Of a DNA stretch of 64,000 bases, positions 9,146 to 17,680 are shown one piece after another (position 1 is the first letter of the stretch; every line of letters starts with the position of its first letter). The notes beneath the pieces are model-generated. The model had not been told where the DNA came from and searched no databases. It was given only the letters and a program-made list of their open reading frames with translations. Location: the NCBI GenBank assembly GCA_026388335.1, contig JAPLJZ010000268.1:1872-65871 (forward strand). The letters run 5' to 3'. The position numbers were made by a program, and so were the translations under genes. Source of the stretch: Deltaproteobacteria bacterium (GTDB taxonomy: Bacteria; Desulfobacterota; Syntrophia; Syntrophales; UBA8958).

Positions 9146-11392
9146 ATGAATTACTTTACGGCTAAAAAATTTTCTTTTATTTCAAAGACCCTGCCTCAAG
9201 ACACCTTTGGAGTGATAAGCATGAAAGGTTCGGAGGGGATATCCAAACCCTACGAATTTGAGATCATGCTTGTTTCGGACAATCTCGAAATAGATTTCGA
9301 TGTGATCATGCAAAACACCGCCAAGCTCGTATTCCACCGGGAAACAGGGGCCGATGCGATTTACAACGGCATCATTACCCATTTTGAGCATCTCCATGCG
9401 ATCGGAGAATATGCCTTTTACCGGGCCTATCTTGTCCCCCGCCTCTGGTGGCTGTCCATTACCAAGCATAACCAGATCATCCTCGATAAATCCCTGCCGG
9501 AGTTTGCCCAGATGGTGCTTATCGATGGCGGCCTTACACCGAATGATTTTGAATTTCGCCTCCAGGGCGCCTATGATCCTATTGAATACGTATGCCAGTA
9601 CAATGAAAGTCACCTGAACTTTCTCTCCCGCTGGCTGGAACGGGAGGGCATCTACTATTATTTCGACCAGACGGAAGGTGGCGAAAAGGTGATCTTCACG
9701 GACACACGCCTGGCCCACACCGAACTCGCCGCAGGCAAGGTCCTCACCTATTCACCCCCTTCGGGACTTGAAGCCCTGCGCGCCGCAGAAGTGGTGGCAT
9801 CCTTTCATTGCCGCCGGAGCCTGATGCCGGAAAAGGTGTTTCTGAAGGATTACAACTATCGAAAGCCTTCCCTGGAAATGAGCGGGGAGGCGAATGTGGA
9901 CCCCCAGGGACGGGGAACGGTTTTCTTTTACAACGAACACATCAAAACACCGGAAGAGGGAAAGCGCCTGGCCAAGATCAGGGCCGAAAGCATTCTCTGC
10001 CGCCGGGAATTATATCTTGGCGAAGGGTCGGTTCCGTTCATGCTCCCCGGTTTTACCTTTACCCTCGAAAATCACTACCGGAAAGGGGTCAACCAGAGCT
10101 ACCTGATTACGGATATCGACCATGAAGGCAATCAGACCGGCTATCTGTTGTCAGGTATCAGCGTGGGCGGGGGCAGCGATGAAGAAAATAAAGTCAATTA
10201 CCGCAACTATTTCACCGCCATCCCCGGGTCGGTCCAGTTCCGGCCGGAGGCGAAGGCGGAAAAACCGAAAATTTCCGGCACGATCTCGGGAATGATCGAT
10301 GCGGCGGGGAGCGGTCAATACGCAGAGCTTGATCCCCAGGGCCGGTACAAGATCATCTTTCCCTTCGATCTTTCCGGCCGGACCGGCGGGAAGGCGTCGA
10401 ACTGGGTGCGGATGGCTCAGCCTTATGTCGGCTCCGATCACGGTATGCATTTCCCCCTCCACAAAGGAACGGAGGTGCTCATCACCTTCATCGACGGCGA
10501 TCCCGACCGGCCCATCATTGCCGGAGCGGTGCCGAATCCGGAGACCCCGAGCGTCGTCAGCGGTGACAATCAGTCCATGTCGGTCCTCAATACGGCCGGC
10601 AAAAACAAGATTGCCATCGAGGATCAGGCGGGGAGTGAACGCATCCTCCTCCATTCACCGAATCAGGGCAGCTTCATCCGCATCGGCGCTCCTAACGACC
10701 CACCACCGCCGGATGATTATTCTTCTTCGGGCGGCGACGCCGATGTCGGGTTGAATTTTTCCACAGCCTACCAACTCACGGTTACAGCGGGTACGTCAAA
10801 TGAGGTTATCCTCGGGGAAGAGACGTCGACCATCTTTGGATTGGCTGTAGACACTATTCTTGGTGCGAATTTCGATACCTGCGTTGGAGAAAGGATGATT
10901 ACAAGTGCCATTGCCTCTCAGGAGTTTTCGCCCACAAAGTGGAGCTACAGCGCCACGGATACAGCAATAGAAGGGCTGAAGGACAGGGTTACCGCGGCGG
11001 AAAATACGATAGTTACTGAGGCGGCCAAGGTAGTCGCCACCGATCTCAAGGTCACGACACTGAGAACGGATGTTGATTTTGACAAAACTCATGTGTCGGC
11101 GGTTGTTACTCAAGCCATAGCAGACAAGACCGTAGCCCTTGCCACAATACTGGAGGTGACCGCTTCAGAGGAAAAGGCCATAGCTGCCTCGACCAAGGCG
11201 ATTGCCGCCTCGACCAAGACCCTGGGCGAGCGAATCGATGTAATAGGGCAAGACACCAAGACCGCCGGTGACGAAATAAAAGTCCTTGCTTCCAAATTAC
11301 ATACCTGCGCCGAGGCCACGTACACGATCGCGTCGCAGACGAATGTTCTTGTTGAAGAGAGTACCGTTGCCGCCCTCGTCAGCATTCTTTAA
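9146..11392 (+). CDS. vgrG: type VI secretion system spike protein VgrG (TssI)
   Basis: 748 aa. The N-terminus FSFISKTLPQDTFGVISMKGSEGISKPYEFEIMLVS is the typical VgrG/Rhs-element Vgr start. The gp5-like region NWVRMAQPYVGSDHGMHFPLHKGTEVLITFIDGDPDRPII is present. A C-terminal extension of about 200 aa has no recognisable enzymatic motif. Confidence 0.93.
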   Translation: MNYFTAKKFSFISKTLPQDTFGVISMKGSEGISKPYEFEIMLVSDNLEIDFDVIMQNTAKLVFHRETGADAIYNGIITHFEHLHAIGEYAFYRAYLVPRLWWLSITKHNQIILDKSLPEFAQMVLIDGGLTPNDFEFRLQGAYDPIEYVCQYNESHLNFLSRWLEREGIYYYFDQTEGGEKVIFTDTRLAHTELAAGKVLTYSPPSGLEALRAAEVVASFHCRRSLMPEKVFLKDYNYRKPSLEMSGEANVDPQGRGTVFFYNEHIKTPEEGKRLAKIRAESILCRRELYLGEGSVPFMLPGFTFTLENHYRKGVNQSYLITDIDHEGNQTGYLLSGISVGGGSDEENKVNYRNYFTAIPGSVQFRPEAKAEKPKISGTISGMIDAAGSGQYAELDPQGRYKIIFPFDLSGRTGGKASNWVRMAQPYVGSDHGMHFPLHKGTEVLITFIDGDPDRPIIAGAVPNPETPSVVSGDNQSMSVLNTAGKNKIAIEDQAGSERILLHSPNQGSFIRIGAPNDPPPPDDYSSSGGDADVGLNFSTAYQLTVTAGTSNEVILGEETSTIFGLAVDTILGANFDTCVGERMITSAIASQEFSPTKWSYSATDTAIEGLKDRVTAAENTIVTEAAKVVATDLKVTTLRTDVDFDKTHVSAVVTQAIADKTVALATILEVTASEEKAIAASTKAIAASTKTLGERIDVIGQDTKTAGDEIKVLASKLHTCAEATYTIASQTNVLVEESTVAALVSIL

Positions 11393-11455
11393 GGAGAGGA
11401 CAGGTGATGGCAAGCTTGGTGGGAGGTCGGATAAGCCTCCCTCGGCAAGGAAACG

Positions 11456-14400
11456 ATGAAAGTCTATAAAAAAAACCAGCATTCCCTCTTCGTGAAACCC
11501 TTCGGGGTGCAAGATAAACTCTATCTGGCCCTGACGGTTTTTATCTATTTCGACCTTATGGCCCCCGATGATCCCCTTACAGAACAGGAGTTGTGGAAAA
11601 CGATCCCCGATCAGTTAAAGCCCACTCCCCTCCTTGATGCCGGGATGCCGAAGCCGCGTGGAGAGGTGCTCCTTACGGGGTCTTGTTTTTCCCCCCGGGG
11701 CACAGTCAGAAACGCCTCCACTGTTTCGTTCCGGGTTGGAGAACTTCGCAAGGAAATAGCCGTTTTCGGCGACCGCTGGTGGCAGAAAACCAAGGCCAAC
11801 GTCAACATTATTACCGATCCGGTCCCCTTTTCTGAGCTGCCCCTTACCTGGCAAAATGCCTTCGGGGGAGAGGATTTCCCTGCCAATCCCCTCGGGAAGG
11901 GCATTACCCCCGTGCTTGGTAAAGATGGAGAACTACGGACGCCGCTGCCGAATATCGAATACCGGGACAGGATCATCGGCTCGCCGTCCGATCGGCCTGC
12001 ACCCGCCGGCTTCGACGTCGTCGATATGATGAGGCCGCAGCGGCAGAAAAAGACCGGTACCTACGACGATAAATGGCTAAAGGAGAGGTGGCCCTACTTC
12101 CCCGATGACATGGATTATGAATATTTCAACTGCGCCCCGGCCGATCAGTATATTGATGCTTTCTTCCAGGGCGGTGAGGCGATCGAAATCCTCAACATGC
12201 ACCCCGATATGCAGCTTATCTCATCGCACCTACCTGAGCTGCGCATTCGCTGCTTCGTCACAAAGAAGGAAGCGCCGAAATCGACGGTGGAGGTTTTCCA
12301 GAATGTCACCACCCGTGTGGATACGTTGTGGCTTTTCCCAACGATCCTGCGCGGGGTAGTCATGTACCGGGGCACGACGGAGATATACGATGAAGAATAT
12401 GAAGACGTCCTGAGGATCTTTATTGCCACGGAGCGACTTAAAGATCAGCCCCTTACCCTGGAACATTACCAGGTAGAGCAGAAAAAGGCCATGGACACGA
12501 CCGTTACCGTGGATATGGCGCCCCTCCAGGAGGCGGCAAAGAAGATCGGCAAGATGATGAAACGGGTCAAGAAGATCCCGAAAGACATCGATCATTCCCT
12601 GAAAATGGCCACCGGTCATGCCCCGGTCATGCCCCGAACCCCTGCCGAGACAGCAGCCGTCGGCCAACAGGTCATTGGAGACAACCTCGCACTCCTTGAC
12701 CGGCTGGAGGCCCAGTCCCGGGATCTCCACGGCAAATATGGCCATCTTGCCAAAATCGACCTGACCATGTTCGAACGGATGCGGGGATCCCTGCGGGCGA
12801 CCTCGACCAGGATCGGTGAAAGCCTGACTCATATTGAAGCGGTGACGGCGAAGGTGAGGCAGGACGCAACGACGGCCCTCAAGGCAGGGGCAGCGAAGGT
12901 AAGGATGAACGTCCCCGCCGCCCTCCTCGATAAGGCCGGCTTTGCCCCGGAGGGATTGCTGGACCAACAGAAAAAGATCAACCCCTGGCACGATCGCGGC
13001 TTTCCCCTGGTTGTGCAATGCCGGCGAAACCTTGAGGCCGACCGTGTCGCCCTGAACTCCCTGCATGCCCTCGGCATCGAGAAAGATACGATCAAGCGGG
13101 CCTGGTTGGGCATAAACCCTGGGGAAATAAAAGATTCCCGGGCTATCTGGGGCCTGAAGCCGTCCCCTGATGCGCCAAAAGGCATCGCCCTGAAGGGCGA
13201 TGCGGCGAGCGGCGACGAGCTTGTCATTCCGGCCGGTCTGGTCATGCCCCGTTTCAACGAGGCCGTTTTAAACAGAATTCTGATTCTGCCCGGAAACCAG
13301 CAAGAAGATGGGGGCTGGCAAAAAGACGGAGACCTGGCCGGATGTGAGCTTGTGGACGGTTCCGACAAAACGCCGCTGCTCTTCATTGCCGAGGATAGCG
13401 CCCCTGTCATCGCGGTAACGGATGAGCTTCAGGCCCTCCTCCTGGAACAGGAGATCGGCGACGCCTGTTCGGTTATCGTCCTGGCCCGACCCGATGAGAA
13501 ACCGTCCAAGGATGGCGACGCCCAGATCAAAGGGGCGGAGGCATTCCTGGTCGTCATGCCGGAAAAGGCGGCGCCCGGCGCCAAGGATTGGGAGGCATGG
13601 AAGAAGGCCTATCCCGATTGCCTGCCCTACGCCCTTCCCAAGGGCGCGAATCTCTTCGCCGCCGCAAGAATGGGCGTGGATATCCGGGCCTGGATCATGG
13701 ATGCCTTGCCGAAGGAGTTCAGAAAGAGGCACAAGATCGCCCCCTCACTGCCGGAGCCGGGTAAACATCCCACCGCCGAGGATCTGACCGTGCCGATTCC
13801 CGCCATCGACGTCAAGGCGATTGTTGACAAATCGAGCAAGGAGATTCACGGTTACTTGGATGGGAAGATGGGCGACCTGGTTGCCAAGCAGGGACAGGTC
13901 AAGGCGGAACACCTCGCTCGGGTCGGGGAGGCCCTGAAAAAGGCCGGTCTCAACCCTGATGATGTATTGAAAATCAATTCTAACCCCGAGCCCGTCTCCA
14001 TCGCCGCGGCGGGAGATAGCATGATGGCAAAGCTCGCTCTCGGCGCCGCCGCCCTGAAAAAACAGGGAACCCTTACCCCGGACATTCAACGGAAGTTCAG
14101 CGAAATGTCGGCTGATATCAAGAAGATGAGCCAGGAGGGCCAGGCCCGTTTCGATGCGGGCATGGCAAAACTTGCCGCCGCGAAGGAGACTGCCGCCGCC
14201 GCGAAGGCGAAGACACTGGCCCAGGAGATGCCCCCGGGGGCAAAGGCAACTTTTGCCAAGTTTGGCATGGATACGGACCGCATGGTAAAGAGGACTCGGG
14301 AAGAGGTTATCGCGATGCACGGCCGGGGCGAGAGTCTTGCCTTTGCCAGGCTCGCCGGGGTGGACCTGTCCGGTCTCGACCTGTCCGGCATCGATCTTAA

Positions 14401-15301
14401 TCAGGCCCAATGTCAAAAGACCAATTTTGCCGGTTCCATCCTCGATGGCGCCGACTTTACCCAGGTCATGGCCATGGAGGCGGACTTTACGGGCGCCTCC
14501 TTGCAGAAGTCAAAGCTGGACAAGTGCATGCTCATCAAGGCGAAACTCAAAAAGGCCGACCTGCGGGCGGCCGTAATGAACCAGGCAACCATCAAGGACG
14601 CCGATCTGACCGAGGCCGACCTGTCGGGAAGCACCATCTATATGACGACGATCATGAAGACTTCCCTGGTGAAGGCGAAATTTAACGACGTCAAGGCAAA
14701 TCTGTCCGTCTTCTCCGACGGAGACGCCTCCGATACGGCATTCAAGGGAGCCCGGCTGGAGAGGTGTCTCATCCGCAGACTGACCCTTGACCGGGCAAGC
14801 TTCTCTCAGGCCGCCCTCCCCTCGACCACGTTTATGGAGGTAAGCGGCGAGGGGGTCAGTTTTTACGGGGCGGATATGCACAAAACCCGCATGGGCAATA
14901 ATTCGCGTCTCCCCGGGACCGACCTTCGTAATGTCACCTTTACCCAGGGGTCGCTGCGGGAAACCGATCTTTCCGGGAGCAAATTTACCGGATCATGCCT
15001 CGACGGGGCGCTTATTGAGAAGTGCGACCTCCACGATGCCGACCTCTATGGCGTTTGCGCCAAGACGTGCCGGTTTGCCAAATCAAATCTGGAGGGGGCG
15101 GAGATGCGGCATATCAACCTTTTTTGCGGCTCCCTGAGGAAATCAAGGCTGGTCAACGCCGACTTGCGGGGGGCAAACCTCTATGCCGTCGATTTCTACA
15201 AGGCCGTATTCGGCGCGACACAGATGGATGACGCGAATGTGAAGAAATCGCTCCTCTTCAAGCGCACGGATGCGCTGAGAAGCGAAAAGGGGATTACATG
15301 A
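11456..15301 (+). CDS. DUF2169-domain protein fused to a long central region and C-terminal pentapeptide repeats
   Basis: 1281 aa directly after vgrG. The N-terminal roughly 330 aa resemble the DUF2169 VgrG-adaptor family by position and sequence. The last roughly 320 aa are A(D/N)LxX pentapeptide repeats (for example ADLRAAVMNQATIKDADLTEADLSGS). Confidence 0.8.
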   Translation: MKVYKKNQHSLFVKPFGVQDKLYLALTVFIYFDLMAPDDPLTEQELWKTIPDQLKPTPLLDAGMPKPRGEVLLTGSCFSPRGTVRNASTVSFRVGELRKEIAVFGDRWWQKTKANVNIITDPVPFSELPLTWQNAFGGEDFPANPLGKGITPVLGKDGELRTPLPNIEYRDRIIGSPSDRPAPAGFDVVDMMRPQRQKKTGTYDDKWLKERWPYFPDDMDYEYFNCAPADQYIDAFFQGGEAIEILNMHPDMQLISSHLPELRIRCFVTKKEAPKSTVEVFQNVTTRVDTLWLFPTILRGVVMYRGTTEIYDEEYEDVLRIFIATERLKDQPLTLEHYQVEQKKAMDTTVTVDMAPLQEAAKKIGKMMKRVKKIPKDIDHSLKMATGHAPVMPRTPAETAAVGQQVIGDNLALLDRLEAQSRDLHGKYGHLAKIDLTMFERMRGSLRATSTRIGESLTHIEAVTAKVRQDATTALKAGAAKVRMNVPAALLDKAGFAPEGLLDQQKKINPWHDRGFPLVVQCRRNLEADRVALNSLHALGIEKDTIKRAWLGINPGEIKDSRAIWGLKPSPDAPKGIALKGDAASGDELVIPAGLVMPRFNEAVLNRILILPGNQQEDGGWQKDGDLAGCELVDGSDKTPLLFIAEDSAPVIAVTDELQALLLEQEIGDACSVIVLARPDEKPSKDGDAQIKGAEAFLVVMPEKAAPGAKDWEAWKKAYPDCLPYALPKGANLFAAARMGVDIRAWIMDALPKEFRKRHKIAPSLPEPGKHPTAEDLTVPIPAIDVKAIVDKSSKEIHGYLDGKMGDLVAKQGQVKAEHLARVGEALKKAGLNPDDVLKINSNPEPVSIAAAGDSMMAKLALGAAALKKQGTLTPDIQRKFSEMSADIKKMSQEGQARFDAGMAKLAAAKETAAAAKAKTLAQEMPPGAKATFAKFGMDTDRMVKRTREEVIAMHGRGESLAFARLAGVDLSGLDLSGIDLNQAQCQKTNFAGSILDGADFTQVMAMEADFTGASLQKSKLDKCMLIKAKLKKADLRAAVMNQATIKDADLTEADLSGSTIYMTTIMKTSLVKAKFNDVKANLSVFSDGDASDTAFKGARLERCLIRRLTLDRASFSQAALPSTTFMEVSGEGVSFYGADMHKTRMGNNSRLPGTDLRNVTFTQGSLRETDLSGSKFTGSCLDGALIEKCDLHDADLYGVCAKTCRFAKSNLEGAEMRHINLFCGSLRKSRLVNADLRGANLYAVDFYKAVFGATQMDDANVKKSLLFKRTDALRSEKGIT

Positions 15302-16359
15302 GGGGATCAGAGGTTTTACAGGCCATAGGCGCCAATGAAACGCTGGCAGAAGTAGATCTCTCGGGCATAGATCTCGCCGGGGTCGATCTTACGGGCGGCC
15401 GTTTTGAAGACTGCACGTTCAAAGGCGGTGATCTTTCCGGCGCTAAGATTCTCAAGACGGGCTTCCGGCGATGTGACTTTTCCGGGGTAAGGTTTCACGG
15501 CACCGACCTCACCAAGGCAAATTTCATGAAGATGAACTTTGCCGGGGCCTCCTTTCAAGGGGCGACGCTCCATGAGACCCTCTTTACCCATACGAACCTG
15601 GCGCAGGCCGATTTTTCCGGGTGCTTCGTAAGCTGGACCCTGATGCAACACGCCGATCTGACGGGGGCGAACTTCAAAAATACCCGGTTTGAAAAGGCGC
15701 TCCTCCAACACACAAAACTTATCGGCGCTGATTTTTCCGGGGCCGACCTCCTCAAGGTCATGTTCAACGGCTCCGACCTTACGGATGCCAAATTTAAGGG
15801 CGCCCACTTCAGTAAGATACTCTTCCAGGGATGTAAACTTGCCGGCCAGGATTTCAAGGGCGCCCGTTTCATGCAGGTGAATGCGGCCCAGGCGGACCTG
15901 ACGGGGGCCGATTTTTCCGGCGCGGAGCTTACTTATTCTACGTTTATGGAGGCCGATTTGACCGGCGCCAACCTGACCGGCGTCCGGGCTCAAAACGCCC
16001 TTTTCAAGGGGGCGGTGTTAAAAAAGACCGTGTTTAAAGAGGCCGATCTGTCCCATGCCTTTTTCGGGGAATGTGATGCCGGGGGGGCCGATTTCACGGG
16101 GGCAAAACTCATGAACGGCGTCTTCACCAAAGCGAAATGCCGGGCGGCGGTATTCGTGGATGCCTTTTGCGCCTATGCCGATTTTTCTCACGCCGACCTG
16201 ACGGCGGCCGATTTTTCCGGCGCTAATCTTTACGCGGCAAAGTTACACCGCATTATCGAAGACCATACCAAATGGGACAGGGCAAACAAGCTGCTCGTAA
16301 AGGGGACGGATGAAGAAACGGCAGAGGCTGAAGACTGGGCTCCGCCGGTGGAAAAGTGA
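15298..16359 (+). CDS. pentapeptide repeat-containing protein
   Basis: 353 aa with an ATGA start/stop overlap with the upstream gene. It consists almost entirely of pentapeptide repeats (ADFSGADLLKVMFNGSDLTDAKFKGAHF...). Confidence 0.9.
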   Translation: MRGSEVLQAIGANETLAEVDLSGIDLAGVDLTGGRFEDCTFKGGDLSGAKILKTGFRRCDFSGVRFHGTDLTKANFMKMNFAGASFQGATLHETLFTHTNLAQADFSGCFVSWTLMQHADLTGANFKNTRFEKALLQHTKLIGADFSGADLLKVMFNGSDLTDAKFKGAHFSKILFQGCKLAGQDFKGARFMQVNAAQADLTGADFSGAELTYSTFMEADLTGANLTGVRAQNALFKGAVLKKTVFKEADLSHAFFGECDAGGADFTGAKLMNGVFTKAKCRAAVFVDAFCAYADFSHADLTAADFSGANLYAAKLHRIIEDHTKWDRANKLLVKGTDEETAEAEDWAPPVEK

Positions 16360-16394
16360 AAATAAATAAGTGAGCCATATACGGAGGAAAAACC

Positions 16395-17024
16395 ATGCAA
16401 AGGCTGTTGAAAAAAAAGGAGTATCCCCAGCCGTATCTTGAGTACGGTATGGTAGTGGAAGAGGGGGATCTGTTGAGAGTGGAGACTGCGCTGGGCAGTT
16501 ACCCGGCCCTGAAGGCGGCAAGTTGTCTCGTGAGGCCGAAGCAGGGAGATTCCGTCCTTACTGTTTTCGATGCAGACGGAAACTGTTTTATTCTCTCCGT
16601 GCTTATGCAGAATCAGGCGGCAGGGCAGATCAATGAGATCGTTCTGGAGGGGGATGCGAGTCTTCACATCCACAATGGGGGACTTACGATCTCGGCTGAT
16701 GATGAGGTGTCGGTCGTGTCGGACAGGCTTTCCCTGGCAGCCAGGACCGGAAATGCCGCCTTCGAGGAATGTTCATTCTTGGGGGAGTCCTTTTTTGCTG
16801 AGTTTGGAAGCATCAAGACGGTGGCCGGGAAAGTGGAAAATATCTTCCAGCAGCTTACGGAAAAGCTCATCGATGCTTTCAGATTTGTGAAGGATCACGA
16901 GGAAATACAGACCGGATCGACGCGCTATCTTGTCGATACAAACCTTACCATGCATTCCAAAAATGCCATGCATGTCGCCGAGGAAATCGTCACGATCAAC
17001 GCCGGGCAGGTACATCTCGGATAA
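16395..17024 (+). CDS. DUF3540-like protein of the vgrG/DUF2169/pentapeptide module
   Basis: 209 aa. It sits in the conserved position between the pentapeptide-repeat gene and the PAAR-like gene. The family call rests on synteny and size, from memory. Confidence 0.6.
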   Translation: MQRLLKKKEYPQPYLEYGMVVEEGDLLRVETALGSYPALKAASCLVRPKQGDSVLTVFDADGNCFILSVLMQNQAAGQINEIVLEGDASLHIHNGGLTISADDEVSVVSDRLSLAARTGNAAFEECSFLGESFFAEFGSIKTVAGKVENIFQQLTEKLIDAFRFVKDHEEIQTGSTRYLVDTNLTMHSKNAMHVAEEIVTINAGQVHLG

Positions 17025-17113
17025 AAACTCATACCCGCGATTTCGGGTACAATGAAGAATGAAAATAAGCACATAGTTGGAACAGTTTTTATGTAGAAGC
17101 TAAGGAGGTTGTT

Positions 17114-17518
17114 ATGTTCATGCTATCCCAGGGCGCGGGAATGAATATGGGTTTCCCCGATGTATGCATTACCCCCGTGGGTCCCATCCCGACCCCCATC
17201 CCTTACCCGGACATCAATATGTCGGCGACGACGGCCCCGGCAGCGTATAATATCCTTGTGGACTGCATGCCCTCGATCAATCAGCTTTCCATGGGGCTGG
17301 TAAGCTTCGGCGACTGTACCGGCGTCATGGGCGGAGTCGTTTCCCATCTGATGGACGGGCAGACGGAATATCTGATGGGGTGTGTGACCATATTTGTTGA
17401 CGGTGCTCCGGCACAGCGACTGACGAGTGTTACCGGCCAGAACAGCCTGGTCATGCTCCCCAACACGCCGGGCATGTGCGCCTGTCCCAGTCAGGTCACG
17501 GTGCTGACCCTCGGGTGA
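17114..17518 (+). CDS. PAAR-like (DUF4150) spike-tip protein without toxin extension
   Basis: 134 aa. GFPDVCITPVGPIPTPIPYPDI and VTIFVDGAPAQRLTSVTGQN match the DUF4150/PAAR-like fold signature. RBS is AAGGAGG. Confidence 0.8.
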   Translation: MFMLSQGAGMNMGFPDVCITPVGPIPTPIPYPDINMSATTAPAAYNILVDCMPSINQLSMGLVSFGDCTGVMGGVVSHLMDGQTEYLMGCVTIFVDGAPAQRLTSVTGQNSLVMLPNTPGMCACPSQVTVLTLG

Positions 17519-17555
17519 CGCTCCTCCCCGCCTTTGGCAAAATAAATGACCCCTT

Positions 17556-17680
17556 ATTCCGGTTCTAAATCAAAGCGCTATCTTCGTTGGCATCGTCATC
17601 GGCTCCTCGACGTATGAAAAATACGCCTGCGTCGCCTCTTCCTCACCGTCTTGATATCATCTTTGATTTAGAACCGGAAT
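17556..17680. terminator. 20-bp perfect inverted repeat (85-nt spacer) between convergent genes
   Basis: ATTCCGGTTCTAAATCAAAG (17556-17575) pairs with CTTTGATTTAGAACCGGAAT (17661-17680). A smaller inner hairpin CGTAT-GAAAA-ATACG is present. The right arm abuts the autotransporter stop codon. Confidence 0.45.

Noticed and set aside
11611-15993. Many - strand ORFs (up to 278 aa) overlapping the DUF2169 and pentapeptide genes
   Set aside because: GC-rich and pentapeptide-repeat coding sequence is depleted of stop codons on the opposite strand. None of these ORFs has an RBS or a recognisable motif. The + strand genes are translationally coupled and family-typical.
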